Below the pieces are notes generated by a model. The model was given only the letters and a program-made list of their open reading frames with translations. It was not told the DNA's origin and did no database searches. Positions 36,833-49,671 of a stretch of 64,000 bases of DNA are shown here, piece by piece. The stretch comes from Ancylonema sp. (lineage: Eukaryota). Both the position numbers and the translations under genes were made by a program. Location: NCBI GenBank assembly GCA_050230475.1, contig JBFLGF010000127.1, positions 1 through 64,000 of the forward strand, read 5' to 3'. Within the stretch, counting starts at the first letter, position 1, and each line of letters opens with the position of its first letter.

Positions 36833-39800
36833 ATGGCTACAACGAGCGAAGCGTCTGAGGTTGCTAAACGACTCGACTTCGGTGACGACTCCGGTGTTGT
36901 TGCAGAAGCGCAGGAAATGGACCTCTACAGTGCAACAGAAAAGCTGGGGGATATAGCAAGGTAGCTGATGTTGCAGAATGGACCCTCGATTTTGAAGATG
37001 AGACTGACGCGTTCACCCTCACTTGGATTCTGACAGGATTCTGGAACAGCTACGTAGTCCGTCGTTGGCGGGTCACTTGCAGAGCAAAACTATTGCGGTA
37101 CGGAGTGGATTCACTGGTGATAGACCATCGCTCTCTTAAAAGGAACATCATTGTCACCAAATATGCGCCAATCATTTTGGGAAGAGGATGTGACATTGCA
37201 CTGCTCCCCTGTAGCTCACAAGCAGCCCTCCTCCTTGCAGATGGAAGGGAAGAGAGCACCTGTTTCTTTTAGAGTCCTCGACGCATTGCTGGAAGTCGAA
37301 TCCAGCAGCATTTTTGCGCAGGCTCTCAGGGAGGGTCCACAGTACTACAACGAGCTACCAGGTACGGCAAGATAGGAGCAAGACCGGCTTTTTTAGAACG
37401 AAATAATACAGACTGATTGTTTTTTTAGCACAGATGTAAGGACTCGAGAACAATCAATCAGAAATTGACTGTTCTGTCGGTATTTCAGGAACTGCAGCAA
37501 CGTGTCACGAGAGCGATCTCGTTATGGCACAGACACGATTAGAAGACCTGGGCCTTGTCTTCCAGGGCCTCTTGCAGTCATTAGAAACAGGTAAGTCCTC
37601 CTGGCAATCAGTATCCAAACTTGAGGCTCCCAGGCAGTCCTGCACCCTTCCATCGTAGACTTGAATGTGTAGGGGCACACCACTCATTTAAAATAAGCAT
37701 AACTTGATTGTTTTGCCGTGTTGCAGATCAGTGCGCCTTACAAACAACAGCCAACAACGCACGCTCCAACCTTAAAATGCTAAGTGATAAGGTACAATCC
37801 TGAGCAGAGCTGTCTTCGAGTGTGTGCTGCCTTAACACGCTGGTATTCTTGACACTTTTAATGGCCTCGGCTGACCGATGGCAATCACGGATGTCTTTGC
37901 AGCTTGCGCAAATTAAAGAGGAAGAGGAGCAATGCAAGCTACTGGAAAGTGTAAGGAAGGCAGGATCGACTACCTTTGTCAATACACGGATCCATATGCG
38001 ATGATGGATTTATGAAATGATGTATATCTTGCAGGAAGTGGCACGCTTCAGCCACAGCAAGGAGTGCCCCAGCTGAAGCTTTGGTATTCACAGATCCACA
38101 CACATGCTGATACCGAGGATATAGTTTGTATTGCGAAGCTTGGAGTGAAGGTGTCTGCCTGTGACACTGTTCGATGGAATTTTGTCGTCTGTCATGTCCA
38201 GCTGGCAGAAAGTCGACACCTGGAAGCTGAAGAGGCGAGCATGGACGAGAAACTGGCAGCCCTCAGGCAGGAAGTGGAAAGTTTCTCAAAGCATGTACGT
38301 TCCTACAGCATAACATTGCACTCCGCCCTCCAAGGAATCTTTGCTGATAAAGGTCAGTCTGTCACATCTGTGTCCACAGCAGAGGATGCAGCGAGAGACG
38401 TCGAGCGTGGTGGAGGCCGCAATAGCACAGCTTGAGCAGGAGCTGGCAATGGAGAAAACACAAGAGGATAGACAGACCCGGTCGGTGCAAGGCACCCTGA
38501 TCGTTACCGTTACCGGCACATCCGATTCCTTTCGAAATCTAAAGAACAGTCTGGATGGGGTGGTGCAGGGGTGTGAAGACCTTGAGACTGTTGGAGGTTC
38601 TAGGTGGCATCAGAGTGGAAAGCTCCACGGATTCTGAGCTGAATATGAGTCTCACAGGCAGCTATAAGCCAGAAAATGATACCATACATGCACCGACTTT
38701 GATTGAACTTAGAGTCTGCTTGCAGCTGGATGCTCATTCTGGTGCAATCATCAGCGCCAAGGCAAGCATTTCATTCTACCAGCCTTTTCTATCTTGCACC
38801 TGGCAAGAGCGGACCGGCTCTCCTGACAATCCCATTCATCTAACAACAACAACAACAGCATATAATGAGCCAAAGCAGCTGTATTTGCAATCGCCACGTC
38901 CGCCCTTCTCCACACTGACAACCCCTCCTGGTCTCAGCAAACGCACCCTAACATGTTCTTCACATGTTCCCATCCAGGTGTGGCCTCTCAGTTCTGCTGG
39001 CAGCAGCGATGGGGCCATTCCAGTGGACCATCTGGTGATGCAGGCCAGCGCAGGGTCCTGGTGAGGGATAAGCGATTTCTCGATTCCTTCATTCCTCGAT
39101 TCCTTGAGTCCTTGATTCCTTGAGTCCTTGAACGTGTGGACGGGGGAACACATCTGTAACATTGCATGCAGCTTCCAGCCGATTCAGTTTTTGGGCATAC
39201 ACCTGTTCTGGGCGGAGCTGGCTGTTTCCAGTTTCTTCGAGCCTTGCCTGTTCTTGTGCAGGCACCTGTCTCGATTCATCCGAGAGCTTCGACAGCTTGC
39301 GATTGTGGTGTCTATGAGGGGTGCGCTGGTGGCAGAGAAACCACTTCGTGCCAGGTGTCCACTCAAATGCACATCATCATCATGCTTTTCTATCACAGCA
39401 CTCCTCCCTCCTCTGGTCCTCGCCTCTTGCAGTCTTGATCTTTCAGGTTTTGGTCCGGCAGGTACAGCACGGTGTACGACAACAGAACAAAACTGGTTGC
39501 TTCCTGGCCTCCCATTGGTGCGACAGCCGTGATTGAGATGAGCAGCGAGTGGCCATTCCCCACCGGAGTTCTGCTCCTGCAATCGCTCGAATTGCAGTCT
39601 GCACAGACTTCATCTAGAGACGGGACCACAGCATCGGCTTTAGAGGTGTTTGTGGTGAGCCCTCATTATACAGACTGCGTATCTGATATGGTCTAGAAGA
39701 CCACATCTAAACACAGCTCGCACAGCCACAAAATGACGATTGCGGGTGCATGTCGGGTGTGAGTCTGCTTTGTATGATCGGATCGCGCACCTGCCAGGGC

Positions 39801-40065
39801 AACGAGGTCGTTGATGGCCCTGAAAATGGCAGGCAGATAGAGTGGTAACCTTACTGTTATTGATCAAACTGTTTGGGGGGGTCTACAATTCTATGTTCAG
39901 ACATCTGTCAACTCTTCTCCAGCGAATGACCGAAGAGATTTGCACGCCATGCTGGCACGTGTGGAAGGAGGATTGGCGCGCCTGGCGTACTCAGGAAGAG
40001 GAGGCGCTGAGACGATGACGCCCCAAGCGAGCCCTGCCAAGGCCAATCGTGTTCTCGCCCACTGA
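36833..40065 (+). CDS. Coiled-coil plus tandem-RWD-like protein of the At3g23910/At3g24255 type (putative ZWINT-1-like kinetochore protein); ~13-14 exons; only complete copy
   Basis: Spliced exons give a long coiled coil (LAQIKEEEEQ, DEKLAALRQEVE, AAIAQLEQELA), then LEVLGGIRVES..LNMSL, AKVWP..IPVDHLV, LSRFIRELR..R..LV, YSTVYD...VIEMSSEWP...LLLQSL, NS..DRRDLHAMLARVE, ending LAH* (TGA 40063-40065). Start codon and one internal exon are uncertain. Confidence 0.6.
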
Positions 40066-40535
40066 GGCACTCCCACTAGTTGTCTTCTAGCACACATGGT
40101 TTGAACGCAATTGAATTTATGCGAGCACAAGAACCGAGCATGACATATAATAGGGCGTAGGTTAATAGGGCACAGATTTAGGTGCTAAATACGACCATTA
40201 CATACTAGAAGCATCCACCAGTTTCTGAAAAAATGTATGGTCCTGCGACACACTACTAAAAATCTTCTAAGATCTTCGACATCCAGACTAGACTAGAGAG
40301 GTTGCTTGAAGCAATTGTGGCTGCGGTACTCTAACTTGTATGTAGACCCTCCACATACGCACAGTATACAATCCAATAAGGATAGAAATTCAAGCAGCTA
40401 GTCTCCTAGCTGTCATTTTTTATACATACAAACAAGCGGCGAAAATAAAATTGTCTATTGCGCTACCATAATTGTTATTTCACTCTCCAATGCTTAAGTT
40501 GAGGGTGTGAGTACCTCTCGTTTCTCATATACAAA

Positions 40536-42798
40536 TTATAAACCATAATGGCAGACTAATCCATGGCAAATGCTGATATAAGTGACAAGCCCAATGACTA
40601 CAAGGAGACTGATCATCAGCGCCTTTGTCCTCAAATTGTCGAACCAGAACTTCTTCTCGATTTGCTTTGTCTTCTTCTGGAATGTGTTTGCCTGCAGACA
40701 ACACAGATATCAAAATGGCATCCACTATCTGTATGTATCTGACTTCTTTATGCACACTACCAAATTCAAGTAACAAAATAACGTCATGGTTATGGCTATA
40801 GTTATGGTTATGATTATGGTTAGAATCATGGTTATGCTTATGGGTTCAGGCGGACAACCCAGGAATTCAGTGTCGAAAGCTGCTGGAATGCTATGAAGTA
40901 GAGAATACATCTTGAATCCAGACCAATAATGAATGCGAGTCCCTGCATATTCCCCATTGCTTCCTTTTCCAAAGTCTACAATCGTGAGGTTTCTGTAAGG
41001 TTTTGTGAGCCACTCTCTGCTGATGGCATACCTGATCCTCCAGCTCTGCTGCCTTCACGGCCAGGCTCTCCATCCGCTCTCCTCGTTGAAGCACCTGAAC
41101 GACAACGACATCAAACGATTCAAACGATGAGGTGTTGTACCATAGGTGTCGCAACAGCAGCAGCACACATACTGAGCTGAGCGCCGACTTAAAAAAATGG
41201 GGAAGTGAGAAGGCACCATGACACTGCACCTCCTTCCCGCTCACCTTGTCTATGTTATCTTTCATGACATCCTTCACTTCGGATACTTGGGCCTTGATCC
41301 GAGCCAACTTGTCCATCTCCTCTGGATGGTCCACCACATACTGCATGTGCTCCTTCAGCTTAGGACTGCGAGAAAAGGCTATGGCATGTCACTACACACT
41401 TCTGTTTTAAGTCTGCATGAATGTGTCTATATGGAATATGTGGAATATGTTGCAGGTCGATCAAAGCAGGGAAGCCGATCTGGAGTGCCAAACTTTGAGC
41501 ACTCCTTTGATACAAGTTCGGAGTCGATAAAGTTTGTTGCGGACTTTTAGAGGATTCACAGGCAGAGGCAGCAAGTGTTTGTCACCTTCTTCATCGATTC
41601 GTAATTCGAAGAGCAATGAAGGAGACACGACTTGATGTAAGGATGTACCAAATTCTTCTTCAGTTGCGCGATGAGGATGCACTCACCCGAACTCCTTGGT
41701 CAAGCTGTTTGCAGCCGCAGTGACTGCTTTATCCTTGTACTGCTTCAAAAACTCTTCCTTGACTCTCTCCAGGAAGGCGAAGGAGAGGGTCTTAGACAGG
41801 CTGCCGTTGCTAAAGCACATGTAAGCTGGAGCAAAGGAACACCGAATATGAATCTCAGACTCAGACTTTTACCAACAAACTGCACTCTGCACCTTTCATA
41901 CAGCTACCCGCTCACGAAGAACTACAAACAAAAATACATACTTCTACAATGCAAGCGCTTTTGCTGAGGGGAGGGGGCCAATGAACAAGAGTTGGTCATA
42001 CATACTTACTGGCCAGTCTTTCACAGCGACGAATTTATGATCCCCAGTTATGAAATTAGAACACAAGTTTGGTATTGGCTTTCCTCTTCATATCCGAGGG
42101 CTTTTATGTGGTGGAAGCACTCACCGTCCCCCTGCTCGATGAGGTAGTTGAGTGTGTGCTCCTCATGAGGAAATGTGAATTTGTTGTTTTCAGGGGTTAG
42201 AGTTTCTAGGCGCTGAAGAGCGATCACGTTGAAGTTGCCCTCAAAAGCTGAATAGCCACATATGGAAGGAAGACGTCACTATAGAGTCTACACACTTAAA
42301 TGCGTGATTCAACAGATTTGATGGTTGGTCAGCATAGATGCATGGCCATTGCTGCGGACGAGAGAGAAGCCAATCAACAACCCGCATTTATGACATCGAA
42401 CAGTAATGCTAGAGCAGCTGCATGTCTTCACAATTTCATACAGCGAGGGCAGCGATTGCTAAATGAGCCTTATCCATGGAAGTCTCTGAGGTGTCTTTCG
42501 GAAGTCGACGAGGATAGGATGCAGTTGTTCCAATGTGATCCGAAATGATCCGGCATATGTTACGATACGATAGGCACATTCAATGTCAGATTCATATCAG
42601 CGACCTTCCATACTTGCAATGCGCTAAGAAAGGGAATCTCTATGTCAAGTTCAGAGCGGGCCCCCTATTTCATGAACTGCTAGGTTTACTCACTCCAACT
42701 TTCTTACCTGAGTACTCTGCAAGAATCGTTGTGCCTCGCGCTACAAAGGAGTAAAGGAATGACTTCTGCTGCGTCTGCTGCTTCTTCTTGGGTGCCAT
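40536..42798 (-). CDS. VAMP72: Longin R-SNARE, VAMP72 type; exons 42798-42708, 42247-42125, 41825-41687, 41365-41245, 41094-41032, 40691-40536
   Basis: [97 protein letters not shown] helix, ICHG..C; TAA stop. Confidence 0.93.
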
Positions 42799-43249
42799 AC
42801 TGTATTTTTTTTGCTGATATCCTCTGCCTAGATTATGGTCCACCAGAATTCAACACAACATATCTTGACAAGTATGTCCTTCGAAGGAACTGTTCCTACT
42901 GAAGAAATGTACCTCAATCGTACACAGAACTGCCGAAGAATTCCTTCACCAAGAAAAGGAGCTCGCAGTGTCGCAGTGTACAACACGAATATGGTAGCTG
43001 ACGACTCTCGGCTCTAGCCAAGGAAACATGACCCAGATATTGTAATATTGTCGGCTGCGAAACCGGGTTGCCGTATGAGTCCCAGATATGCTAATGATAC
43101 GGGCCCAGATGGATTCGAGTGTGGGAACAACACTTGTCGGGTAGCCTCGCGTGACCCATTGAAGAATCTCAAACGAATCGTTTTCTCAGCATCTGATTGG
43201 TTTTCGCGCCCTCCAATTTCCCTGTTGCACTTTTATCGATTTCATCCAT

Positions 43250-46200
43250 TTATCGTTCGCAGATATACTTTAACGCCCGTAAAAGTACTTTTTCGAGCGT
43301 CTACTTTTTCAAAAAGTAGCGAAAAAGTACGCGCGAAGATTTCCTTTTAACGACGCTTTTTCGGCCGAATTTGAATGTAGCTTTTATTAAAAGTTTCGGT
43401 CATAAAAGCGCCGCAGATATCCATCTCTGCGACGCTTTCAAGGCCGTGCGACGGGTTTCTCGGACTTACTTATTCAAAAAGCTGGTGTTTCGGAAACGTG
43501 GCCCAGATATTTACGTTAAAGTAACTTTGATGCTTTTTTGGCTCCGTACTTTTTAAAAAAGCTGCCTCAACTTTAGGTCCTCAGATATACTTTTATCGAT
43601 CGCTTTTTTAGTCTGAAAAAGTGGGTCCCTGGCAAACTTGAAATAGTGCTCGTGAGAACGATCGAGCACTAATACGATTTGAAGCGGTGTGATTCCCGCC
43701 TTGACGAACCATGCGCTTTCGAAATTTCGCGTACTGAACACCGCAAATTGCGCCTCTCGTCTCTCCGTGCGGCCTTAAGCGCTGCGATCCTTCAGCCATT
43801 GCGGTCATATCCACGCACTCCTGACTGAATATTCGTTGAGTAATATGCAGCCATTCCAAATAATAATACCATGTTATCGCTCTCACCGTCGTCTTCCTCC
43901 CTCAAAAAAATCCGGAACGACGAAGGGCGGAACGGGAGGGGAATCGGAGCCTCGTCATCACCAGAACGCTATCCAAAAAAGGAACGCAGCGGTGGATCCA
44001 TCACGGGTCACGTGTGTTTTCCTACTCCGTCTTCCTACACGTCTCCTGAAGGGGTAGTCAGAGTGCAAAACAGGCGCTGAGAGCGTTTCACCGTAATAGA
44101 TCAGCTCCATGTTGAATCGACATTACGGAAATGTAGATTGCTTCACATTGCTTCACTTGAATGGCTATGCGTCTGTCACAGTATGCTCATGTACGCGAAT
44201 AGATCACTAAGAAGAATTAGTGATCTTTGAGAGAGTACAGAGGATAAGAAGCTTGCTAGGATAAGGCATAGACGTGGCGGAGGCCGACGTCTATGCGGCG
44301 GCGTACCAATGAGGAGTCAGCTTGAAGCGAACGGGGTTAAGCAAATTCTGACGAAACTTGGAGAATCTAGGAAAACCCGGGCGGTAGTACTGACTCTAGC
44401 GAACCTAGGATACAGCTGAACATCTCGGGATAAGGGCGGACATGGACATGCGCCCCACTTAGCATTACCCACTCAACACACCCTCCTAATGGTAAATGTG
44501 GCAATAAAAAACTTCACCACAATAAAGACACGCGTCACATCATACCCAACAATTTCTTATTGTGACGCACTACACCGACACTCGCGTGCTTTGTCAACAT
44601 GTCAGCTCCCATCTGATTGGCTGAAATTTTGAGTAGTACCACCTCTTTCTCTTTGTGAACCCGATCACGAACGAAGTGATACTTCGCCAGTATCTGCTTT
44701 GATCTCGCGTGGTACACCGGATTGTCGACCAGGTCCAGAGCCGGTTGGCTGTCGAGGTAGAGCCGAAGAGGAGCGGGGACGCCAGCCGCACCCTGCATTT
44801 GCAGCTGGAGTTGACGAAGGAAACTTGCCTCCTGGGTAGCCATGGACAGCCCCATGTACTCGCTTTCGCAAGAGCTCAAGCTAGCATTCCCAACCAGCTT
44901 GCTTTGCCAGCTGATCGCCCCCCCAACCGACAGGAACACATAACCCGCGCGAGAGCGACCGGTATCGGGGCAGGTCAAATGACTGGAATCGCAGTACCCC
45001 CAGAGTTGCGTCGACTCGAGGCCATCCCCACTGGTGCCTCGGAGGTAGCGAAGAGCGATCCGAGCAGAACCCTATCTGCCCCCTCGAATGCCGCATACAC
45101 GCAGATGTCTGCTGTCAGTCGGTGGAGGCCGAACTCTGACAGCGTCTAGTCAATGTGCAGGGTCCACATGCGAGGCGACTCCTTCAGGCCGTACAACGCC
45201 TTGAACAGCCGAAGCACCTTTCCGGGCATTTCAGTGGCAAACATCCCCTCCGGAATCTCCACTCCTCCAATGCAGCATATAGGAATGTTGTAGTAACGTC
45301 CATCTGCTCCATGTGCAGCTCCTCCGAGGCTGCTGCAGCGATCATCATCCTTATGCTTTCGAACCGCATTGTAGGTGAGTAAGTCTCCGCATAATCTACC
45401 CCCGCCTCCTGCATGAACCCCCTTGCAACCAGCCGTGCCTTGTACTTCTCCACCTGTCCTGACAGCCCCCTCTGTTTATTAAACACCCACTTGGACGTAA
45501 TGAAACAGGTTTGTTAGTCGGGCCTCTCCACCACTTCAAACACTGCATTCTCGACCAGGGATGGGGATGCCACCTCAGCTGCGCACGCCTCCACCCACTA
45601 CGCTGCATCAGGTAACTTCATCGCCTGCTTGTACGTGTTGGGTTCCGCTCCCCCCCTTCCAAACTTGCAGCCATCAGCATATCCGCCGCAGCGCGGGGAA
45701 CCCTCGGTTGTCTCTGTTGCTGCGTCTGGGCTCGGGGACCTGCGGAGGGGTGGGGATGGGGGCAGGGGCAGGGGCTGGACGGATGGCAGGGGCTGGACGT
45801 CTGGCAGGGGTTGGACGTCAGCGGCTGCGTTGGCTGCATCTGCATCTGCCTCGTCTGCCTGCGTCTGCCTCGTCTGGGTTGCGGCTGCGTTGACTGCGTC
45901 TGTTGGTCTGCCTCGTCTGCGTCGGTTGCGGCTGTGCTGACTGCGTCTGTTGCAGCTGGGACTGCAGCGACGACTGGAGGCGCAGAGGAAGCGTCGTCAG
46001 GTGTGGCACCGTCCTCAAGTGGGCCATCGACGACCTCAAACGCTGAATCTGCTGGACCTGCGGGTGGGGGAGGGGCTGGAGGAAAGACGAGGGGCTCGTC
46101 ATCGTCTGCCCCAGCTCCAGCAGCTGCGTGCAGGGGCGCGCCACCAGCCAGGAGCGGCCTCCTCATCGAAGGAGGGGGCAGCCACGTTGTAGACCTTCTG

Positions 46201-49200
46201 CCGCGCGTAGTCCCACACAACACGTAGGGGCAGGGCTGCTGGGACTGTATGTAGTTAACCAAAACACCTTTGTAACTTACCGGCATGAACTTCCCCCCCC
46301 TCGCAGACTTCTCTATCTGGCAGAACGCCTTGCTCCCCAGCACCCTGAGCTTGGAATCTGGCTTCGCTCCCGTCCACTTCTCCCACGGTGTGCATGACAG
46401 GTGAGAGACCGGTGTCATGTTGCGCAGCATGTTTGTAGCCTGCAGAACCTCCGCCCAGAGGTACCCCGGTAGCAACGCGGCTGACATGATTGTCCGCGTC
46501 ATATCTTGCACAGTCCGGTTCCACCGCTCCGCCAGCCCGTTGCTCTCCGGGGAGCGAGGTGACGTGGTCTGCAGCTGCACTCCCATCAGCGCCATCGACG
46601 ATTTGAACGCAGACGAGGTAAACTCTCCCCCATTGTCTGTACGCAGCTTTAGAAGCTTCGTATGACTGCCCCTTTGCAACCCCCTTCCACTCCATAATAA
46701 TATTGCAGCTGCGTCCGTATCTCCGTATCGTAAACACCCATGAAAGCCTTGTGTAGACATCCAGGATGCCTAAGATGTAGGAGGCACCACCTAGGCTGCT
46801 GGGCTTGACGGGCCCGGGTCCAGCCAGGTCCATGACCACCAGCTCGAGAGCATAGGTAGTGTTGTGGCTGAATGCGACGGCCGGGTGGAGAGGCTGGGTC
46901 AGTTTTCCAAGTTTTCAGGGGTCGCAGGGACTGACGCCGCCTTTTATCTGACCTACACCCGTGGCCATGTTGTCTTGCAGCCGACGATGCAGCGCAGCCT
47001 CCCCACTGTGGCCGAGGCGTCGAGGTCAGCGACCCGACGAGAGCCTCAGCTTGGTGGACCGAGGGTAGGGTAGGGGGCCGATAGATCAGCTTACAATCGA
47101 GAGTGAGACGTCCATGTTTAGTTTCGAATAGGAGAGCCACTTGGGCGTAGCCTCCTCTGTAGGGACCCTCTTGTTGATAACCACCTTTCCCTCCACCTTG
47201 TCGTAGACCGGGATGAAGTTTGCCGCTCTGAATTTTTGTAATGAAACGATGTTGACGTCCAGTCCCTGAATGAGCAACACCTCTGTGAGCGTAAGCTTTT
47301 GTTTTCCGTTCTCTCCATCGACCTCTAGCACCACCGTCCCCCAATGAGTTACCTCCCGTGCCTTGCACTTGGTTCATTCTGAATGGTCCCGGAAGAGGGA
47401 GCATCTCCCAAAAGAACTCTCGATTGTGTACTATGTGATGGCTTGCTCCCGTGTCCGCTAGGAAGGTTGTCGACTTGTCTGCCCCCACCGCCATTGCTTC
47501 ACCCCACACCATTGATGCACCCTGAACTGTTGAAGGGGTCGAAGGTAGCGACACTGAAGAGTCGTGATGAAAATCACAACTTGTCAGTGTGGCCACAGCC
47601 GAGTAACCATCCCCCATGAAAGAATGACGCCTCCCGGCGAGGCCCACCCTCTTGTTGTTGTTTCTTTTGCCGGCACGCCTTTTCGAGATGACCGACGCGG
47701 CTGCAGAACTGGCACACAGACTTTGAGTGTTAGCAGTCCTTCGCGTAGTGCCCCTTGTCCCCACAGCAATAGCAAACTGTATGGGAGGCGGCCGGTCGGC
47801 TCCCGGAAGGTCTTGAAGAATCCTTCATGCGTTGGGCCCATAGTATCTCGGCTTCCAACTTGACTGCTCTGCGAAGGCTGCAGAGCCGGGGAGAGGAGTA
47901 GCATGATTCTTCTAGTGTTCAGCATCGTCATCACGCATGGAGGAGAAGATCTGCTGGAGATCTTGCTTAACCGCAGCGTGTTGGTAACTCTTTTTCAAAT
48001 AGGTGTAGCGTTCGTTTGGCTGAGATATAATCATGCGCTCCATCATATGAGCGTCGAGATTGACTCCTTGCTAAGCACACTTCTCGATGATGGCCTCGTA
48101 CCTCTCGATGGTCTCATCTGCTGTTTCTGTTTCGACATGCCTGAAATTGAAGAAACGCCATAGCGCCGCCTCCGCACCCATTTTAGATTGCCTCGAATTT
48201 TTTTGCTTGAGCTTTTCCCAAGTTGCGACCGGATCGTGCAAGACGGCTGTGACTGAGAGAATTTTTGTGTCGGAGATGGAGTCAGCAATGAGGCATGCTG
48301 CCTTGAGATATGCATCCTCAAAGGCGTCCTGTTTCTCGTTTGCCTCGTTTATGGCGGCTTGATTTGTGTGTGCTTCTCCAAACACAATGACTGGATCGGG
48401 AGCTCGGTTCGGACGTCTTCGTGTGCTTGAAACCAGATCCCATAACCTGTTGACAAGCAGCACTGCTTTCATCTTGCCTGCCCAAGCCGTGTAGTTGTTC
48501 TTCGTGAGAAGACTACTTGTTGTCCTGAATAATTGTCGTGTCCCTTCATTAGAGAAGACGGCTCTGATACCATGTTGAATCGAGGACATGTAGATTGCTT
48601 CACTTGAATGGCTATGCGGCTGTCACAGCATGCTCATGTACGCGAATAGATCACTGAGAATTATTAGTGATCTTTGAGAGAGTACAGAGGATAAGAAGCT
48701 TGCTAGGATAAGGCATAGTAAGGCATAGACGTGGCGGAGGCCGACGTCTATGCGGCGGCGTACCAATGAGGAGTCAGCTTGAAGCGAACGGGGTTAAGCA
48801 AGTTCTGACGAAACTTGGCGAATCTAGGAAAACCCGGGCGGTAGTACTGACTCTAGCGAACCTAGGATACCGCCGAACATCTCGGGATAAGGGCGGAAAT
48901 GGACATGCGCCACACTTAGCATTACCCACTCAACACTCCAGTTCCGCAACAATTCTGCATCAAATCATTTTCGAGAAGAAACCCGGGGAAATATCGGGTT
49001 AACCGCCGCAATTGACGCCACAAGCGAATTTGAAACGGAAGCCGAAAAAGCTTCCGGAAAATAATTTCCTGTGTCGCACAGACTTTTTGATAAAAAGTGA
49101 CAGGTCACGAATTGCTCTTACAAGCGTGAAAAAGTTGGAAAAGTACAGCTTTTAGACCCGGAAAGTCTGGAAGTATAAAGTCGACTTTTTGCACCGAAAA

Positions 49201-49245
49201 AGTCGAAAACGTTAATATTTGAAAAAGTATATCTGCGAACGATAA
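43250..49245. mobile_element. Putative non-autonomous TIR DNA element (~1.2 kb without the nested copia)
   Basis: Perfect 22-bp inverted repeat TTATCGTTCGCAGATATACTTT (43250-43271 / 49224-49245); subterminal CAGATAT and AAAAGT motifs; no clear TSD. Confidence 0.5.
44110..48935 (-). mobile_element. Ty1/copia LTR retrotransposon with both LTRs, defective; LTRs 44110-44478 and 48573-48935
   Basis: TG...CA LTRs; perfect TSD CTCCA (44105-44109, 48936-48940); PBS TGGTATCAGAGC (iMet) at 48561-48572 on minus; purine tract at ~44479-44488; frameshifted gag (NYTAWAGKM), protease (LADTGASHH), integrase (LRTDNGGEF..NGLAER), RT (KYKARLVARGF, KALYGLK) and RNase H (AISWQSK..SSCESEY..KYHFVRD). Confidence 0.96.
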
Positions 49246-49457
49246 TTGTGCCAGTCCTGCAAGCCTACAAGACAAAATCTGAGTTATCGTTCGCAGATAG
49301 CCATTTCCAAACAGTACTTTTTTATGATTTTCCTAGCGAAAAGTCGTCTTTTTATCTCCGGACTTTCCGGGTTTTAAATCTGTACTTTCTCAACTATTTC
49401 ACGCGTGTAAGGGTAATTTGTGACCTGTCATTTTTTATCAAAAGGTCTGTGCGACAC
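49071..49457. repeat. Long imperfect inverted repeat (~175-bp arms 49071-49245 and 49283-49457)
   Basis: GTGTCGCACAGACTTTTTGATAAAAAGTGACAGGTCAC... pairs with ...GTGACCTGTCATTTTTTATCAAAAGGTCTGTGCGACAC; inner ends ATCTGCGAACGATAA / TTATCGTTCGCAGAT. Confidence 0.85.
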
Positions 49458-49671
49458 TAGAAAGTATTCTCCGGGTTGTCCCCAACGAGGTGGAGGACTG
49501 TCGACATCATCGATGTCTTCGTCATCATCGTCGCCAGTTGGCAATAGTGGTAGAAGGTCATCATCATCTGGAGTGGGAGAGGGAGGGACTTGGGGAGGGG
49601 ATGGGGGAGAGGGTGGGGGACCATCTGAGGCGGGTGGGGGACCATCCCCATTCGCAGTCGTCGTTATCCCG

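Larger units (their letters stand above)
19406..38809. repeat. Near-identical tandem triplication: A 19406-26442; B 26443-31768 (=20075-25390); C 31770-38809 (=19406-26442)
   Basis: Identical ORF sets at offsets ~6368 and ~12364; abrupt junctions at 26442/26443 and 31768/31770. Confidence 0.95.

Noticed and set aside
42125..42247. Nuclear C-to-U editing in VAMP72 (CGC and CTC where homologues have Cys and Phe)
   Set aside because: The whole longin domain is divergent, so two such changes are expected by ordinary substitution.
44040..44110. ATG GAG CTG ATC TAT (MELIY) on the minus strand as an alternative VAMP first exon
   Set aside because: The ATG is formed at the LTR/TSD junction; the longin N-terminus starts at 42798.
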